Part shown: piece by piece, positions 1 through 10,343 of the stretch
Layout: each line of letters opens with the position of its first letter
Position numbering within the stretch: the stretch's first letter is position 1
Source of the DNA: an uncultured Novosphingobium sp.
GTDB lineage: Bacteria; Pseudomonadota; Alphaproteobacteria; Sphingomonadales; Sphingomonadaceae
DNA: 64,000 nt
Assembly: GCA_964592205.1 (NCBI GenBank)
Contig: CAZQEH010000007.1
Span: forward strand, 12,393-76,392
Direction of reading: 5' to 3'
Position numbers and translations under genes: made by a program
Notes under the pieces: generated by a model
Database searches by the model: none
The model's input: the letters and a program-made list of their open reading frames with translations, nothing else
What the model was told of the DNA's origin: nothing

Positions 1-81
1 GGCTATCACCTTGGCCGCCCACTGGAGGAAACCAGTGCCTTTGCGCTGGCGTGGCCGGAAGGCGCCGCGAGCGGCGAATAA
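1..81 (+). CDS. 3' end of a probable EAL-domain (c-di-GMP phosphodiesterase-type) protein, truncated by the window edge
   Basis: Frame 1 reads GYHLGRPLEETSAFALAWPEGAASGE*; GYxxxRP just before the stop matches the C-terminal QG(Y/F)xxxRP motif of EAL domains. Confidence 0.6.
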   Translation, partial: GYHLGRPLEETSAFALAWPEGAASGE

Positions 82-155
82 AGTCTGCTGCACCGCCGCG
101 GTGAGCGGCTATGATGCGCGGCAAACAGACCTCTCGCGTCAGCAAGGAGCACCCG

Positions 156-992
156 ATGGCATCGAACAGTCCCTGGAGTCACGCCCGCCGCACGGGTATC
201 GCCGACGATATCGATTTCGAGATCAAGGGCCACGAACTCCAATTCGTCGAGATCGAACTCGATCCGGGCGAGAGCGCAGTGGCCGAGGCTGGCGCCTTCG
301 TGTGGAAGGACGGCACCATCGAAATGACGACGGTGTTCGGCGACGGCAGCGAATCCGGCGATGAAAGCTTCATGGGCAAGCTGCTTGGTGCGGGAAAGCG
401 ACTGGTGACCGGCGCGAGCCTGTTCACGACAGTGTTCACCCATCGCGGCGCCGGCAAGGCGCGCGTCGCCTTTGCCGCGCCAGTGCCGGGCACGATCCTC
501 CCCCTGAAGCTCTCGGACCTTGGCGGATCGCTGATCTGCCAGAAGGAAAGCTTCCTTGCCGCGGCGCGCGGAGTGAGCATCGGAATCGCCTTCCAGCGCC
601 GGATCATGACCGGCCTGTTCGGCGGCGAAGGCTTCATCATGCAGCGGCTGGAAGGCGATGGCTGGGTCTTCGTGCAGATGGGCGGCACGCTCGTCGAGCG
701 CGAGCTGGCACCCGGCGAGGAACTGCACGTCGATACCGGCTGCCTTGCCGCCTATACGCCCTCGGTCACATTCGATCTGATCGCGGCGGGCGGCGTGAAG
801 AATGTGCTGTTCGGCGGCGAAGGCATGTTCTTCGCGCGGCTGACCGGTCCCGGCAAGGTGTGGATCCAGTCCCTGCCCTTCGCGCGCCTTGCCGGCCGCG
901 TCGTGGCCGCAGCCATGCCCGCCGGCGGGCAAAATCGCGGTGAAGGTTCGGCGCTGGGGATCCTCGGGGACTTTATCGACGGAAACCGCTGA
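156..992 (+). CDS. TIGR00266 / AIM24 family protein
   Basis: ELDPGESAVAEAGA, LFGGEGFIMQRLEGDG, HVDTGCLAA and GPGKVWIQSLP motifs; AAGGAG RBS before ATG 156. Confidence 0.9.
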   Translation: MASNSPWSHARRTGIADDIDFEIKGHELQFVEIELDPGESAVAEAGAFVWKDGTIEMTTVFGDGSESGDESFMGKLLGAGKRLVTGASLFTTVFTHRGAGKARVAFAAPVPGTILPLKLSDLGGSLICQKESFLAAARGVSIGIAFQRRIMTGLFGGEGFIMQRLEGDGWVFVQMGGTLVERELAPGEELHVDTGCLAAYTPSVTFDLIAAGGVKNVLFGGEGMFFARLTGPGKVWIQSLPFARLAGRVVAAAMPAGGQNRGEGSALGILGDFIDGNR

Positions 993-1044
993 GCCTGCAG
1001 CATCCGACCAAAGGTTGATGATGCTTGCCGGCGATCCAGGTAAC

Positions 1045-1068
1045 GGGGAGGAGCACCGGCCCCTCCCC
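1045..1068. terminator. GC-rich hairpin between convergent genes (possible terminator)
   Basis: GGGGAGGAGC-ACCG-GCCCCTCCCC inverted repeat between stops at 992 and 1082; no clear U-tract. Confidence 0.45.
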
Positions 1069-1081
1069 TCACCCATATGCG

Positions 1082-3592
1082 TCAGAACGTCAGCTTGACG
1101 GTTCCACCGAACGTGCGCGGATCGCCGATGTTGCCGACGATCAGGCCGGTATTGCCCGATGCGACGGCAAGCTGGTCGAAGTAGTTCACGCCGAACGCAT
1201 TGCGGGCCCAGCCATAGACATCAATGCCGACAGCAGCACTGGGATCGGTACGGAAGCCGAGGCGGAAGTTGGTCAGGGCGTAGCCATCGACCTTGGTATA
1301 GGCCGAAGGGCTCGCGTTCGATGACCACGACGAGCGGTAGCTGCCATCGAAACCGAAGTAGACCTGGCCGTCCTTGCCCAGCAGCTTGGTCGGCACATTG
1401 GCTTCGGCGCCGTAGGAGAACGACCACTTGGAAACGCCCGGCAGGCGCGCCCCCGATATGTCGCACTGCGCGGGGCTCACGCCGTTCGGCGTGCCGGGCA
1501 GATCGGCCTGCGCGGTGGGCACGCCGTTCGCATCGAGCGGCTGCGCGCGCCCGCCTGAAAGCTCCGGCGGGCACGGCGCGTTCTTGAACGAGACGAACTT
1601 GGCATCGGTGTAAGCGCCGTTGCCATAGACGTTGAAGCGCTCGCTCGGACGATACGAAGCGTCAACCTCGACGCCTTGCGAACGGGCCTTCTCCGCATTG
1701 GCAAGGTAGCCCCGGATATTGCCCACCGCGAAGTTCGAGACCTGCGTCTGGTAGTTGCCCACATCGGTGCGGAAGGCGGCGATGTTGAAAGTGGCCTTCC
1801 GGTTCAGGAACTGGGTCTTGATGCCCACTTCGTAGTGGTTGACCGATTCCGGCTTGATCGTCGCGAGATCGAGCAGCGGCTCGCCGGTAACGGCATCGGC
1901 GGGCACGCCATTAAGGTTGATGCCGCCCGTCTTGAAGCTTTTCGCATACGTTGCGTAGAGGTGGACATCGTGGGTGACATCCCACGCCACCGTCACGTCG
2001 CCCGAGAAGTTCCAGTCGCTGAACTTCGCCACGAACGCCTGCGGGGCAAGCACCGCCAGCTGCGCGGCTTCGCGCCTGGTATTGATACTCTTGCCGGCGG
2101 CATCGGTCTTGAATACCACCAGATTGCCCGCACCATCGGTCACGACCGAGTTGTAGCTGCCGTCCTTCTTGTCATAGTTGACGCGGAAGCCCGGCTGGAT
2201 CGAGAACGTGTCGGTCACCTTGTAGGTGAACTTGCCGAAAATCGCGGCGCTGGTGTTCTTGAAGCTGATGTCGTTGTTCGCGGTCAGCCCATTCAGCACG
2301 GTGGAATCGTTCGAAAGCGCATTGGTGGGATTGATCAGCCACTTGCTGGCCGCCACGCCCTGCTGCTGGAGGCCGAGCGTGCGGATCGTCTGGTAGAACC
2401 CGAAGGCGCCCAGCGTGTAGCCCAACTTGCCGGTCTCGCCCGAAAGGCGCAGTTCCTGCGAATACTGGTCCTGATGCGAGGGGTTCTGCGATTTCGAGGT
2501 GATCGGCAGGCCAAGGAAATCGCGGTCATTGCTGGGATCCCAATCCCAGTAGCGCCACGCGGTGACCGAAGTCAGCGTGCCGATCCCGGTATCGATCTTC
2601 GCGCGCAGCGAAACGCCGCCGATGTCGTTCTTCGCGCGCAGCGGCGTATCAACGTCGGTCACGCGGTCGAACGGATTGGTGCTGGGCACGGCATAGTTCT
2701 GCGCCGCCGCAAGCGCGGCATACTGGCGGTTCAGCGGACGCTGAGTAGCCCCGGTGCGCACGTAAACCTGGGTGCAGCAGGCCGGGTTCTGGTGGCTGTA
2801 GTCACCCGCCAGCGTGATTTCGACACCATTCGCAGGCTTCCACAGGATCTGGCCGCGCAGGCCGATGTTGTCCTGCGAATTGACCTTGAGCTTCGAGGTG
2901 ACGTTGTAGATCGTGCCGTCGCGCCGGGTGAGCGAGGCCGCAAGCCGCACGGCAACCTTGTCGGAAAGCGGTGCGGAGACGGCCGCCTTGCCCTGGAAGA
3001 AGCCGTAGTTGCCTCCGCTCAGTTCGATGCGGCCTTCCGGCTCGAACGCCGGCTGGCGGCTGGTGATGTTGATCGCGCCGGCGGTGGTGTTCTTGCCATA
3101 GAGCGTGCCCTGCGGCCCGCGCAGCACTTCGATCTGCTTCACATCGAGAAAGTCGAACGTGCTGCTGGCGACGCGCGCCATGTACACGTCGTCGACATAG
3201 ATGCCCACGCCCTGCTCGATGCCGTCGTTGGTGAGGCCAAGCGGTGCGCCGAGGCCGCGGATGTTCACCGAAGTGTTGCGCGGGTTGGACGAGGTGAACT
3301 GCAGCGTCGGCGTCAGTTGCTGGAGGCGGCCAACGTTGAAGGCGCCGGTGGCGTCGATGTGATCGCCGCCGACGACCGAGATGGCAAGCGGCACGTCCTG
3401 CGCGGTCTCCGCTCGGCGGCGCGCGGTGACCACGATGGTATCATTGTCGGACTGGCCGGTGCCCACCGAAGTGCTCTGATCAGCGGGGGCTTCAGCGGCC
3501 GGAGCTGCGGCCGGAGTATCGGCAGCAAGCGCCGGAGCGGCGGCAAGCGGCAGGATGGCCGCCCCCGCAAGGAGGAGAACACGCAAAGTCAT
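1082..3592 (-). CDS. TonB-dependent receptor, last gene of the sulfate operon
   Basis: Signal peptide, TonB-box-like IVVTARRR, plug motif IEVLRGPQGTLYGKNTTAGAINI, C-terminal Phe. Confidence 0.95.
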   Translation of the reverse strand: MTLRVLLLAGAAILPLAAAPALAADTPAAAPAAEAPADQSTSVGTGQSDNDTIVVTARRRAETAQDVPLAISVVGGDHIDATGAFNVGRLQQLTPTLQFTSSNPRNTSVNIRGLGAPLGLTNDGIEQGVGIYVDDVYMARVASSTFDFLDVKQIEVLRGPQGTLYGKNTTAGAINITSRQPAFEPEGRIELSGGNYGFFQGKAAVSAPLSDKVAVRLAASLTRRDGTIYNVTSKLKVNSQDNIGLRGQILWKPANGVEITLAGDYSHQNPACCTQVYVRTGATQRPLNRQYAALAAAQNYAVPSTNPFDRVTDVDTPLRAKNDIGGVSLRAKIDTGIGTLTSVTAWRYWDWDPSNDRDFLGLPITSKSQNPSHQDQYSQELRLSGETGKLGYTLGAFGFYQTIRTLGLQQQGVAASKWLINPTNALSNDSTVLNGLTANNDISFKNTSAAIFGKFTYKVTDTFSIQPGFRVNYDKKDGSYNSVVTDGAGNLVVFKTDAAGKSINTRREAAQLAVLAPQAFVAKFSDWNFSGDVTVAWDVTHDVHLYATYAKSFKTGGINLNGVPADAVTGEPLLDLATIKPESVNHYEVGIKTQFLNRKATFNIAAFRTDVGNYQTQVSNFAVGNIRGYLANAEKARSQGVEVDASYRPSERFNVYGNGAYTDAKFVSFKNAPCPPELSGGRAQPLDANGVPTAQADLPGTPNGVSPAQCDISGARLPGVSKWSFSYGAEANVPTKLLGKDGQVYFGFDGSYRSSWSSNASPSAYTKVDGYALTNFRLGFRTDPSAAVGIDVYGWARNAFGVNYFDQLAVASGNTGLIVGNIGDPRTFGGTVKLTF

Positions 3593-3677
3593 CGTCGATC
3601 CTTCGTCTGGGTCTCACGATGCCTCCGGTGGTCCGGTGGGCGGTGTGATTAGGGGTTCCGGGTAAGCGGGATTGAGG

Positions 3678-3848
3678 TCAGGTGGGTTTGAGACGCTTCT
3701 TCTCGGTCACGTCGATCTGGACAACGCGGCCTTCATGCACGGTCAGGGCGACCGCGCCGAAGCGCAGGCCGGTGAGCGCCTCGCGCACGCTGGCGAGGCT
3801 TTCCTCGAGGTGGCGCTGAGCATCGGCCGGCAAGTTCGGTGTGGTCAT
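3678..3848 (-). CDS. Small YezD/OscA (DUF2292)-like sulfur-starvation protein, 56 aa, absent from the ORF track
   Basis: Hand translation [60 protein letters not shown] overlap with the cysA stop; [18 protein letters not shown] pattern. Confidence 0.85.
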   Translation of the reverse strand: MTTPNLPADAQRHLEESLASVREALTGLRFGAVALTVHEGRVVQIDVTEKKRLKPT

Positions 3849-4837
3849 CGGGCTTCTCCTTGGGTCTGGTCTCCATCTGCATTGAACATGCGGGCGCGGT
3901 GGGGATTGAAGCGGATCGTCTCGCCCAGCCGGGGCGCGGCCTGAGTGCTGGGAAGATCGAGTTCAACGAAGAGGCCGCTACCTTCGAGCAGCCCCTCGGC
4001 CCGCCAGACCGCGCCCTTGCGGAACACGTTGTCGACAAGCGCCGCCTCGGTCCCAGCGGGCGTGACGGTAATCTCGTGCGGGCGAAAATGGATTTCGCCG
4101 CCCGCCGCCGGGATGCGGTTGGTCTCACCCACGAAGTGCGACACGAAGGGCGTTTCGGGGTTCATGTAGACCGCATCGGGCGCACCTATCTGCTCGATCC
4201 GGCCCTGGTTCATCACCACAACGCGGTCGGCAAGCTCCAGCGCTTCTTCCTGATCGTGCGTCACGAAGATCGAGCTGAGCCCCATCGCCTTGTGCAAATC
4301 GCGCAGCCAGCGCCGCAAGTCCTTGCGCACCTTGGCATCGAGCGCGCCGAAGGGTTCATCGAGCAGCAGCAGGCGCGGCTCGATCGCCAGCGCGCGGGCC
4401 AGCGCCACCCGCTGGCGCTGGCCACCCGAAAGCTGGCCGGGGTAACGGCTGCCGAGCCCTTCAAGCTGGACAAGGCCGAGCAGTTCCTCGGCGCGCGCCT
4501 GCCGGGCGGCCTTGGCGATCCGGTTCTTGCCGCGCCGCACGCTGAGCCCGAAGGCAACGTTGTCAGCCACCGTCATGTGGCGAAACAGCGCATAGTGCTG
4601 GAACACGAAGCCGACATGGCGGTCCGCCACGGGCGTGCGCGAGACATCTTCGCCGCCGAGCAGCACGGTGCCGCTGTCCTGGAATTCAAGCCCGGCGATG
4701 ATGCGCAGGAGCGTCGTCTTGCCCGAGCCCGAGGGGCCGAGCAGCGCGATGAATTCACCCGGCGCGACATCGAGGTCGATGCCGTGCAACGCCGGATATT
4801 CGCCGAAGCGCTTGGTGATGCCGCGAAGGTGGATCAA
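3845..4837 (-). CDS. cysA: Sulfate/thiosulfate ABC transporter ATP-binding subunit
   Basis: Walker [56 protein letters not shown]; probable TTG start overlapping the cysW stop, GGAG RBS. Confidence 0.93.
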   Translation of the reverse strand: MIHLRGITKRFGEYPALHGIDLDVAPGEFIALLGPSGSGKTTLLRIIAGLEFQDSGTVLLGGEDVSRTPVADRHVGFVFQHYALFRHMTVADNVAFGLSVRRGKNRIAKAARQARAEELLGLVQLEGLGSRYPGQLSGGQRQRVALARALAIEPRLLLLDEPFGALDAKVRKDLRRWLRDLHKAMGLSSIFVTHDQEEALELADRVVVMNQGRIEQIGAPDAVYMNPETPFVSHFVGETNRIPAAGGEIHFRPHEITVTPAGTEAALVDNVFRKGAVWRAEGLLEGSGLFVELDLPSTQAAPRLGETIRFNPHRARMFNADGDQTQGEAR

Positions 4838-5670
4838 TGCCGTGCTCCTGCATGGAGGCCGAAGCGCCATTCGAGGACCGTCTTGGCGACGAGCGTCACC
4901 AGGGCGAGCAGCGCGAGAAGGGAAGCGACCGCGAAGGCGCCGACGAAATCGTACTCGTTGTAGAGAATCTCGACATGGAGCGGCATCGTGTTGGTCTCGC
5001 CCCGGATATGGCCCGAGACGACCGAGACCGCGCCAAATTCGCCCATGGCGCGCGCGTTGCACAAGAGCACACCGTAGAGCAGGCCCCAGCGGATATTGGG
5101 CAAAGTGACATGCCAGAACGTCTGCCAGCCGCTCGCGCCCAGGGAGATCGCGGCTTCCTCATCGTCCTTGCCCTGCTCCATCATCAGCGGAATGAGCTCG
5201 CGCGCAACGAAGGGGAAGGTGATGAACACCGTGGCGAGCACGATGCCCGGCACCGCGAAGATGATCTTGAGATCGTGCTCGGCCAGCCACGCACCGAACA
5301 GGCCGTTGGCGCCGAACAGCAGCACGAAGATCAGGCCCGAGACGACCGGCGAGACCGAGAATGGCAGGTCGATCAGGGTGATCAGCAGCGCCTTGCCCGG
5401 GAACTGGAACTTGGTGATCGCCCAGCTCGCCGCGATCCCGAAGACCATGTTGAGCGGGACCGCAATCGCCGCGATGATCAGCGTTAGCCGGATCGCGGCG
5501 AGCGCGTCGGGCGTGTGGAGCGCATCGAGGAACGGCCCCGCACCCTGCCGCAGCGCCTCGCTGAACACCGCCAGCAGCGGCAGCAGCAGGAAAAAGCCGA
5601 GGAAGACGAGCGCGAGCGCGATCAATGCGGCGCGCATCAGCGGGCTTTCGGTGGTTGGTGCCACGCTCAT
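4834..5670 (-). CDS. cysW: Sulfate ABC transporter permease
   Basis: [47 protein letters not shown]. Confidence 0.95.
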   Translation of the reverse strand: MSVAPTTESPLMRAALIALALVFLGFFLLLPLLAVFSEALRQGAGPFLDALHTPDALAAIRLTLIIAAIAVPLNMVFGIAASWAITKFQFPGKALLITLIDLPFSVSPVVSGLIFVLLFGANGLFGAWLAEHDLKIIFAVPGIVLATVFITFPFVARELIPLMMEQGKDDEEAAISLGASGWQTFWHVTLPNIRWGLLYGVLLCNARAMGEFGAVSVVSGHIRGETNTMPLHVEILYNEYDFVGAFAVASLLALLALVTLVAKTVLEWRFGLHAGARH

Positions 5671-6518
5671 GCGCCCATCCTCCGGCGGCTGGCGGCCTGA
5701 ATCAGGTTGATCAGCAGCAGCACCGCGAACGAGGCGAGCATCATCACCACGGCAATCGCGGTGGCACCGGCATAAGCGTATTGCTCAAGCTGGGTGACGA
5801 TCAGCAGCGGCGCGATTTCGGTGCGGCCGGGCATGTTGCCCGAGATGAAGATCACCGAGCCATACTCCCCCACCCCGCGCGCGAAGGCGAGCGCGAAGCC
5901 GGTGAGTAGCGCGGGGCCAATCGCGGGGAAGATCACGCGGGTGAACGTCTGCCAGCGGGTCGCGCCGAGGGTAGCGGCAGCTTCCTCGACCTCGCGGCCA
6001 AGGTCCGCCAGCACCGGCTCGACTGAACGGACAACGAACGGCAGCCCGATGAACACGAGCGCGATGGTGATACCAATCGACGTAAAGGCAACCTTGATGC
6101 CGAGCGGCTCCAGATACTGGCCGATCCAGCCCGCGGGGGCGTAAAGCGCCGTCAGCGCGATGCCGGCAACCGCGGTCGGCAGCGCGAAGGGCAGATCGAC
6201 CAACGCACTCACCACCTGCTTGCCGGGAAAGCTGTAGCGCACGAGCACCCACGCGACGATGAGGCCGAACACCGCATTGACGAGTCCAGCCACCGCCGCA
6301 GTGCCGAAACTCAGCCGATAGGCGGCCATCGCGCGCGGACTGAAGCCAACGGCGAGGAACTCGCTCCAGCCCAGCCCTGCGGCTTTAAGGAAGATCGTGG
6401 CGAGCGGGATCAGCACGATCAGCGTCAGCCACGCGAGCGTGAAGCCGAAGCTGAGGCCGAAGCCGGGCAGCACGGACGGCTGCCTCCAGCGTGCGCTGGC
6501 CAAGGTTGGACCGGACAT
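5667..6518 (-). CDS. cysT: Sulfate ABC transporter permease
   Basis: LPGFGLSFG, DLPFALPTAVAGIALT, FARGVGEYGSVIFISGN. Confidence 0.95.
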   Translation of the reverse strand: MSGPTLASARWRQPSVLPGFGLSFGFTLAWLTLIVLIPLATIFLKAAGLGWSEFLAVGFSPRAMAAYRLSFGTAAVAGLVNAVFGLIVAWVLVRYSFPGKQVVSALVDLPFALPTAVAGIALTALYAPAGWIGQYLEPLGIKVAFTSIGITIALVFIGLPFVVRSVEPVLADLGREVEEAAATLGATRWQTFTRVIFPAIGPALLTGFALAFARGVGEYGSVIFISGNMPGRTEIAPLLIVTQLEQYAYAGATAIAVVMMLASFAVLLLINLIQAASRRRMGA

Positions 6519-6541
6519 GGTGAAACCCCCCGCCCCGCCTA

Positions 6542-7582
6542 CTATTTCGAGTAGATGCGGTCGAACACGCCGCCATCATCGAAGAAGGTCTTCTGCGCCT
6601 TGGCCCAGCCGCCGAAATCCTTGTCGATGGTGACCATCGGAATCTCAGGGAACTGCGCCTTGAACTGCTGTGCGATGGCCGGATCGCGCGGGCGGTAGAA
6701 GTTGTGCGCGATCGCGGTCTGCGCTTCGGGCGTATAGAGATAGCGCAAGTAGGCATCGGCGACTTCGGCGGTGCCATGCTTTCTGGCATTGGCGGTGACG
6801 ACCGCGACCGAAGGTTCAGCGAGGATCGAGATCGACGGAGCGACGATCTCGAACTTGCCCTTGCCGAGCTTCCTCTCGGCGAGGAACGCTTCGTTTTCCC
6901 ACGAGATCAGCACGTCGCCGATGCCGCGTTCGACGAAAGTGGTGGTGGAGCCGCGCGCGCCGCTATCGAGCACCGGTACGTGGTTGAACAGCTGCTTCAC
7001 ATAGGCCTCGGCCGCCGCCTCGGACCCGCCCGCCTTGCGGCCATAGGCCCAGGCTGCAAGGAAGTTCCAGCGCGCGCCGCCGCCTGTCTTGGGATTGGCC
7101 GTGATCACTTCGACACCGGGCTTCACGAGATCGCCCCAGTCCTTGATATGCTTGGGATTGCCCTTGCGCACGAGGAACACGATGGTCGAGGTGTAGGGCG
7201 CGCTGTTGTCCGGCAGCGCCTTTTGCCAATCCGCATCGAGCAGCTTGCCCTTCGCCGAGATGGCGTCGATGTCGTAGGCGAGCGCGAGGGTCGCGACATC
7301 GGCCTCAAGCCCGTCGATGATCGCGCGGCTCTGCTTGCCCGATCCGCCATGGCTCATGCGGAAGGTCACGTCCTTACCGGTCTTCTGCTTCCAGTAGGCG
7401 GCAAAGGCAGGGTTGATTGCCTGATACAGCTCGCGCGTCGGATCGTAGGAGACGTTGGTCAGCTCGATCGCGCCCGATTTACTGCCCCCGCCCGAGCAGC
7501 CGGCCAGCAGCAGGCCGAGCCCCAGAGCCCCTGCAAGGACCACACGGCGGCGAATGGCGGGGATTGTCTCGCGAGTGGTCAT
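6542..7582 (-). CDS. sbp: Sulfate ABC transporter substrate-binding protein with lipoprotein-type signal
   Basis: [54 protein letters not shown] before ATG 7582; LLAGC lipobox. Confidence 0.93.
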   Translation of the reverse strand: MTTRETIPAIRRRVVLAGALGLGLLLAGCSGGGSKSGAIELTNVSYDPTRELYQAINPAFAAYWKQKTGKDVTFRMSHGGSGKQSRAIIDGLEADVATLALAYDIDAISAKGKLLDADWQKALPDNSAPYTSTIVFLVRKGNPKHIKDWGDLVKPGVEVITANPKTGGGARWNFLAAWAYGRKAGGSEAAAEAYVKQLFNHVPVLDSGARGSTTTFVERGIGDVLISWENEAFLAERKLGKGKFEIVAPSISILAEPSVAVVTANARKHGTAEVADAYLRYLYTPEAQTAIAHNFYRPRDPAIAQQFKAQFPEIPMVTIDKDFGGWAKAQKTFFDDGGVFDRIYSK

Positions 7583-7646
7583 GCATCGTACTCCCGTTTG
7601 CGTCAGCCCCGGGGTGGTCCCTTGCGGCGTCGGGTCGTGATTAAAC

Positions 7647-7796
7647 TCAATTATTTCGATAGACATTAGAATTCTGCTTGTGGACGGCAAAGAGAAACTT
7701 TTTTGGCTCCGCCGGCTGACCTGTCGCCGCAGCTTTCCAACTTTCGATTCGCCCGCGCGTTCGATCATCAGATTATCTCAACTCATAGAGTAGAGA
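7647..7796. promoter_or_regulatory. Two copies of a TCAAY-N7-RTAGA dyad upstream of sbp (putative regulator operators)
   Basis: TCAAT-TATTTCG-ATAGA at 7647-7663 and TCAAC-TCATAGA-GTAGA at 7778-7794 in the AT-rich sbp/ppk1 intergenic region. Confidence 0.55.
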
Positions 7797-8086
7797 ATAG
7801 CACCGCGCCCAAGCGAGGCAAAATGTCGACAAAATGACTAGACATATCTTTTCGCGGGTCGATCAAGGCACGCGTGGCCGCCGCGATGCGGCCCGAAGCG
7901 GCCATCGACCGCATTTCGGACAAGGTCTCTCAACGTCGGCCAGTCGGGTATAAGGACGCCGCCCCCCTTGCCTGTCCCGCCCCGCCTCGTGCTATGCCAC
8001 GCCCATGTCATCGCTCTGTCGCAATCGGCCACCATGCCGCGCCGCGATCCGCCGCTATCCGGCGGACATCGGGGGGAACATGGGCC

Positions 8087-10306
8087 ATGGATGATCCGAA
8101 GACAGCCGCACGCAGAATTGCCGCAGTGAACCGCGCATCCGGCGATGGCGCTGTTAAGGCTCCCGCCCTCGTTGCGGTCCCGGCTGCGCGGCCGACCTAC
8201 CGCTTCTTCAATCGCGAGATCAGCTGGCTGGCGTTCAACCGCCGCGTGCTGGCCGAAGCGCAGAACCCCAACTATCCGGTGCTGGAACGCCTGCGCTTCC
8301 TCTCGATCTCGGGCAGCAACCTAGACGAATTCATGATGGTTCGCGTGGCGGGTCTGGCCGCGCAAGTGCGTCAGGGGATCGACGAGCTTTCGATCGACGG
8401 GCTGACCCCCACCCAGCAGTTGCACGCCGCCTACCGCGGGGTTGGGGAGCTGGTCCGCGCGCAGCAGGCGATCCTTGCCGGCCTTACCGCCCAGCTCGAC
8501 ACGGCGGGCATCCGCATCGTCGGCAATCGCAAGCTCGACAAGACGCAGTCCGATTGGCTGGCGCACTATTTCGAGGAACATGTGTTCCCGGCATTGACCC
8601 CGCAGGCCATCGATCCAGCGCACCCCTTCCCGTTCATCAACAACCAGGGTACCGGCATCCTCTTCACCCTGTCGCGGCTGGCGGATGGCGAGGCGGTAAC
8701 CGAGATGATCCTCGTGCCGCCTGCACTGCCGCGCTTCGTGCGCATGCCGGGCGAGCCTGCCTGCTGGATCAGCATCGAGGAGCTCATCTTGCGCGGCGCG
8801 GGGAAGCTCTTCCCCGGTTTTCGCATCCAGGGCCACGGCACCTTCCGCGTGCTGCGCGATAGCGATATCGAAGTCGAGGAAGATGCCGAGGATCTCGTGC
8901 GCTATTTCCGCACTGCGATCCAGCGGCGGCGGCGCGGCAAGGTGATCCTGCTGCAAGTGCAGGAAAACTTCGATCCCGATGCCGAAGCCCTGCTGCGCGA
9001 CAAGCTGCGGCTCGATCACGCCATGGTCATCAAGGCCGGCAGTCTGCTCGCGATGAACGGGCTTTCGGTCATCGTCGATACCGACCGGCCCGAATTGAAG
9101 TTCGAGCCCTATATCCCCCGCTATCCCGAACGCGTGCGCGAGCATGATGGCGATTGCTTTGCCGCAATCCGCACCAAGGATCTTGTGATCCATCACCCGT
9201 TCGAAAGCTTTGACGTGGTGGTCGATTTCCTGCGGCAGGCAGCCTCCGATCCCGATGTCATCGCGATCAAGCAGACACTCTATCGCGCCGGCAAGCAATC
9301 GGCGGTGATCGCCGCGCTGATCGCGGCGGCGGAAGCGGGCAAATCGGTGACCGCCGTCGTTGAGCTGAAAGCGCGCTTTGACGAGGAGCAGAACCTCCAC
9401 TGGGCCAGCCAACTCGAACGCGCGGGCGTGCAAGTGATCTACGGCTTCGTCGATTGGAAGACCCACGCCAAGGTCAGTATGGTCGTGCGGCGCGAGGGCG
9501 ATAGCTATCGCACGTACTGCCACTTCGGCACCGGCAACTATCACCCGGTGACAGCGCGCATCTACACCGACCTCAGCTTCTTCACCGCCGATCCTAAGTT
9601 CGGCCGCGATGCGGGACTGCTGTTCAACTTCATCACCGGCTACATCGAGCCCAAGGCGACCGAGATGCTGGCGATCGCGCCCATCGGCGTGCGCCGCAAG
9701 CTCTATGAATGCATCGACCGCGAAATCGCCTTCGCCAAGGCTGGCAAGCCCGCATCGATCTGGGCCAAGCTCAATGCACTGACTGACAGCCAGCTGATCA
9801 ACCAACTCTATGCCGCGAGTGCTGCGGGGGTCGAGATCAATCTTGTGGTGCGCGGCATCTGCTGCCTGCGGCCGGGCGTGCCGGGGCTTTCGGAGCGGAT
9901 CCGGGTCAAGTCGGTGATCGGCCGGTTCCTCGAGCACAGCCGCATCTGGGCCTTCGGCAATGGCGCGCCGCTGCCCAACCGGCGGGCGCGGGTGTTCATT
10001 TCCTCGGCCGACGGGATGACGCGAAATCTTGACCGGCGGGTCGAAGTGCTGGTGCCGATCAAGAACCCCACGGTGCACGATCAGGTGCTCGATCAGGTCA
10101 TGCTCGCCAATCTCCTCGATACCGAGCAAAGCTGGATCCTTGACGCAGACGGCACCTATCACCGCGCCGATCCGGGGTCCAAGCCCTTCAACGTGCACCG
10201 CTATTTCATGACCAACCCTTCGCTTTCCGGGCGCGGCGCTGCGCTGAGCAAGGGACGCAAGGTGCCCAAGCTGGCGCTGCGGCGGGGCGGGACGCCTCCC
10301 CAATGA
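8087..10306 (+). CDS. ppk1: Polyphosphate kinase 1
   Basis: FNREISWLAFNRRVL, SNLDEFMMVRVAGL, HHPFESF, ELKARFDEEQN, KTHAK, GTGNY, GRFLEHSR; start placed at ATG 8087 (ORF open to 7874). Confidence 0.95.
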   Translation: MDDPKTAARRIAAVNRASGDGAVKAPALVAVPAARPTYRFFNREISWLAFNRRVLAEAQNPNYPVLERLRFLSISGSNLDEFMMVRVAGLAAQVRQGIDELSIDGLTPTQQLHAAYRGVGELVRAQQAILAGLTAQLDTAGIRIVGNRKLDKTQSDWLAHYFEEHVFPALTPQAIDPAHPFPFINNQGTGILFTLSRLADGEAVTEMILVPPALPRFVRMPGEPACWISIEELILRGAGKLFPGFRIQGHGTFRVLRDSDIEVEEDAEDLVRYFRTAIQRRRRGKVILLQVQENFDPDAEALLRDKLRLDHAMVIKAGSLLAMNGLSVIVDTDRPELKFEPYIPRYPERVREHDGDCFAAIRTKDLVIHHPFESFDVVVDFLRQAASDPDVIAIKQTLYRAGKQSAVIAALIAAAEAGKSVTAVVELKARFDEEQNLHWASQLERAGVQVIYGFVDWKTHAKVSMVVRREGDSYRTYCHFGTGNYHPVTARIYTDLSFFTADPKFGRDAGLLFNFITGYIEPKATEMLAIAPIGVRRKLYECIDREIAFAKAGKPASIWAKLNALTDSQLINQLYAASAAGVEINLVVRGICCLRPGVPGLSERIRVKSVIGRFLEHSRIWAFGNGAPLPNRRARVFISSADGMTRNLDRRVEVLVPIKNPTVHDQVLDQVMLANLLDTEQSWILDADGTYHRADPGSKPFNVHRYFMTNPSLSGRGAALSKGRKVPKLALRRGGTPPQ

Positions 10307-10343
10307 TCGCGCCCGTGACCTCGCGCGCGAACCGATCCCTGGC

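Noticed and set aside
1676..3652. Long antisense ORFs (e.g. 1676-3652, 8321-10357, 28553-29998, 51373-52938, 57226-58893)
   Set aside because: Shadow ORFs opposite well-supported genes, expected in high-GC DNA; no recognisable motifs
7874..8086. Extended N-termini from the ORF track (ppk1; also cysA, sbp, MFS, MDR, aldolase)
   Set aside because: Extensions lack family motifs or overlap neighbouring genes; downstream starts have an RBS or translational coupling
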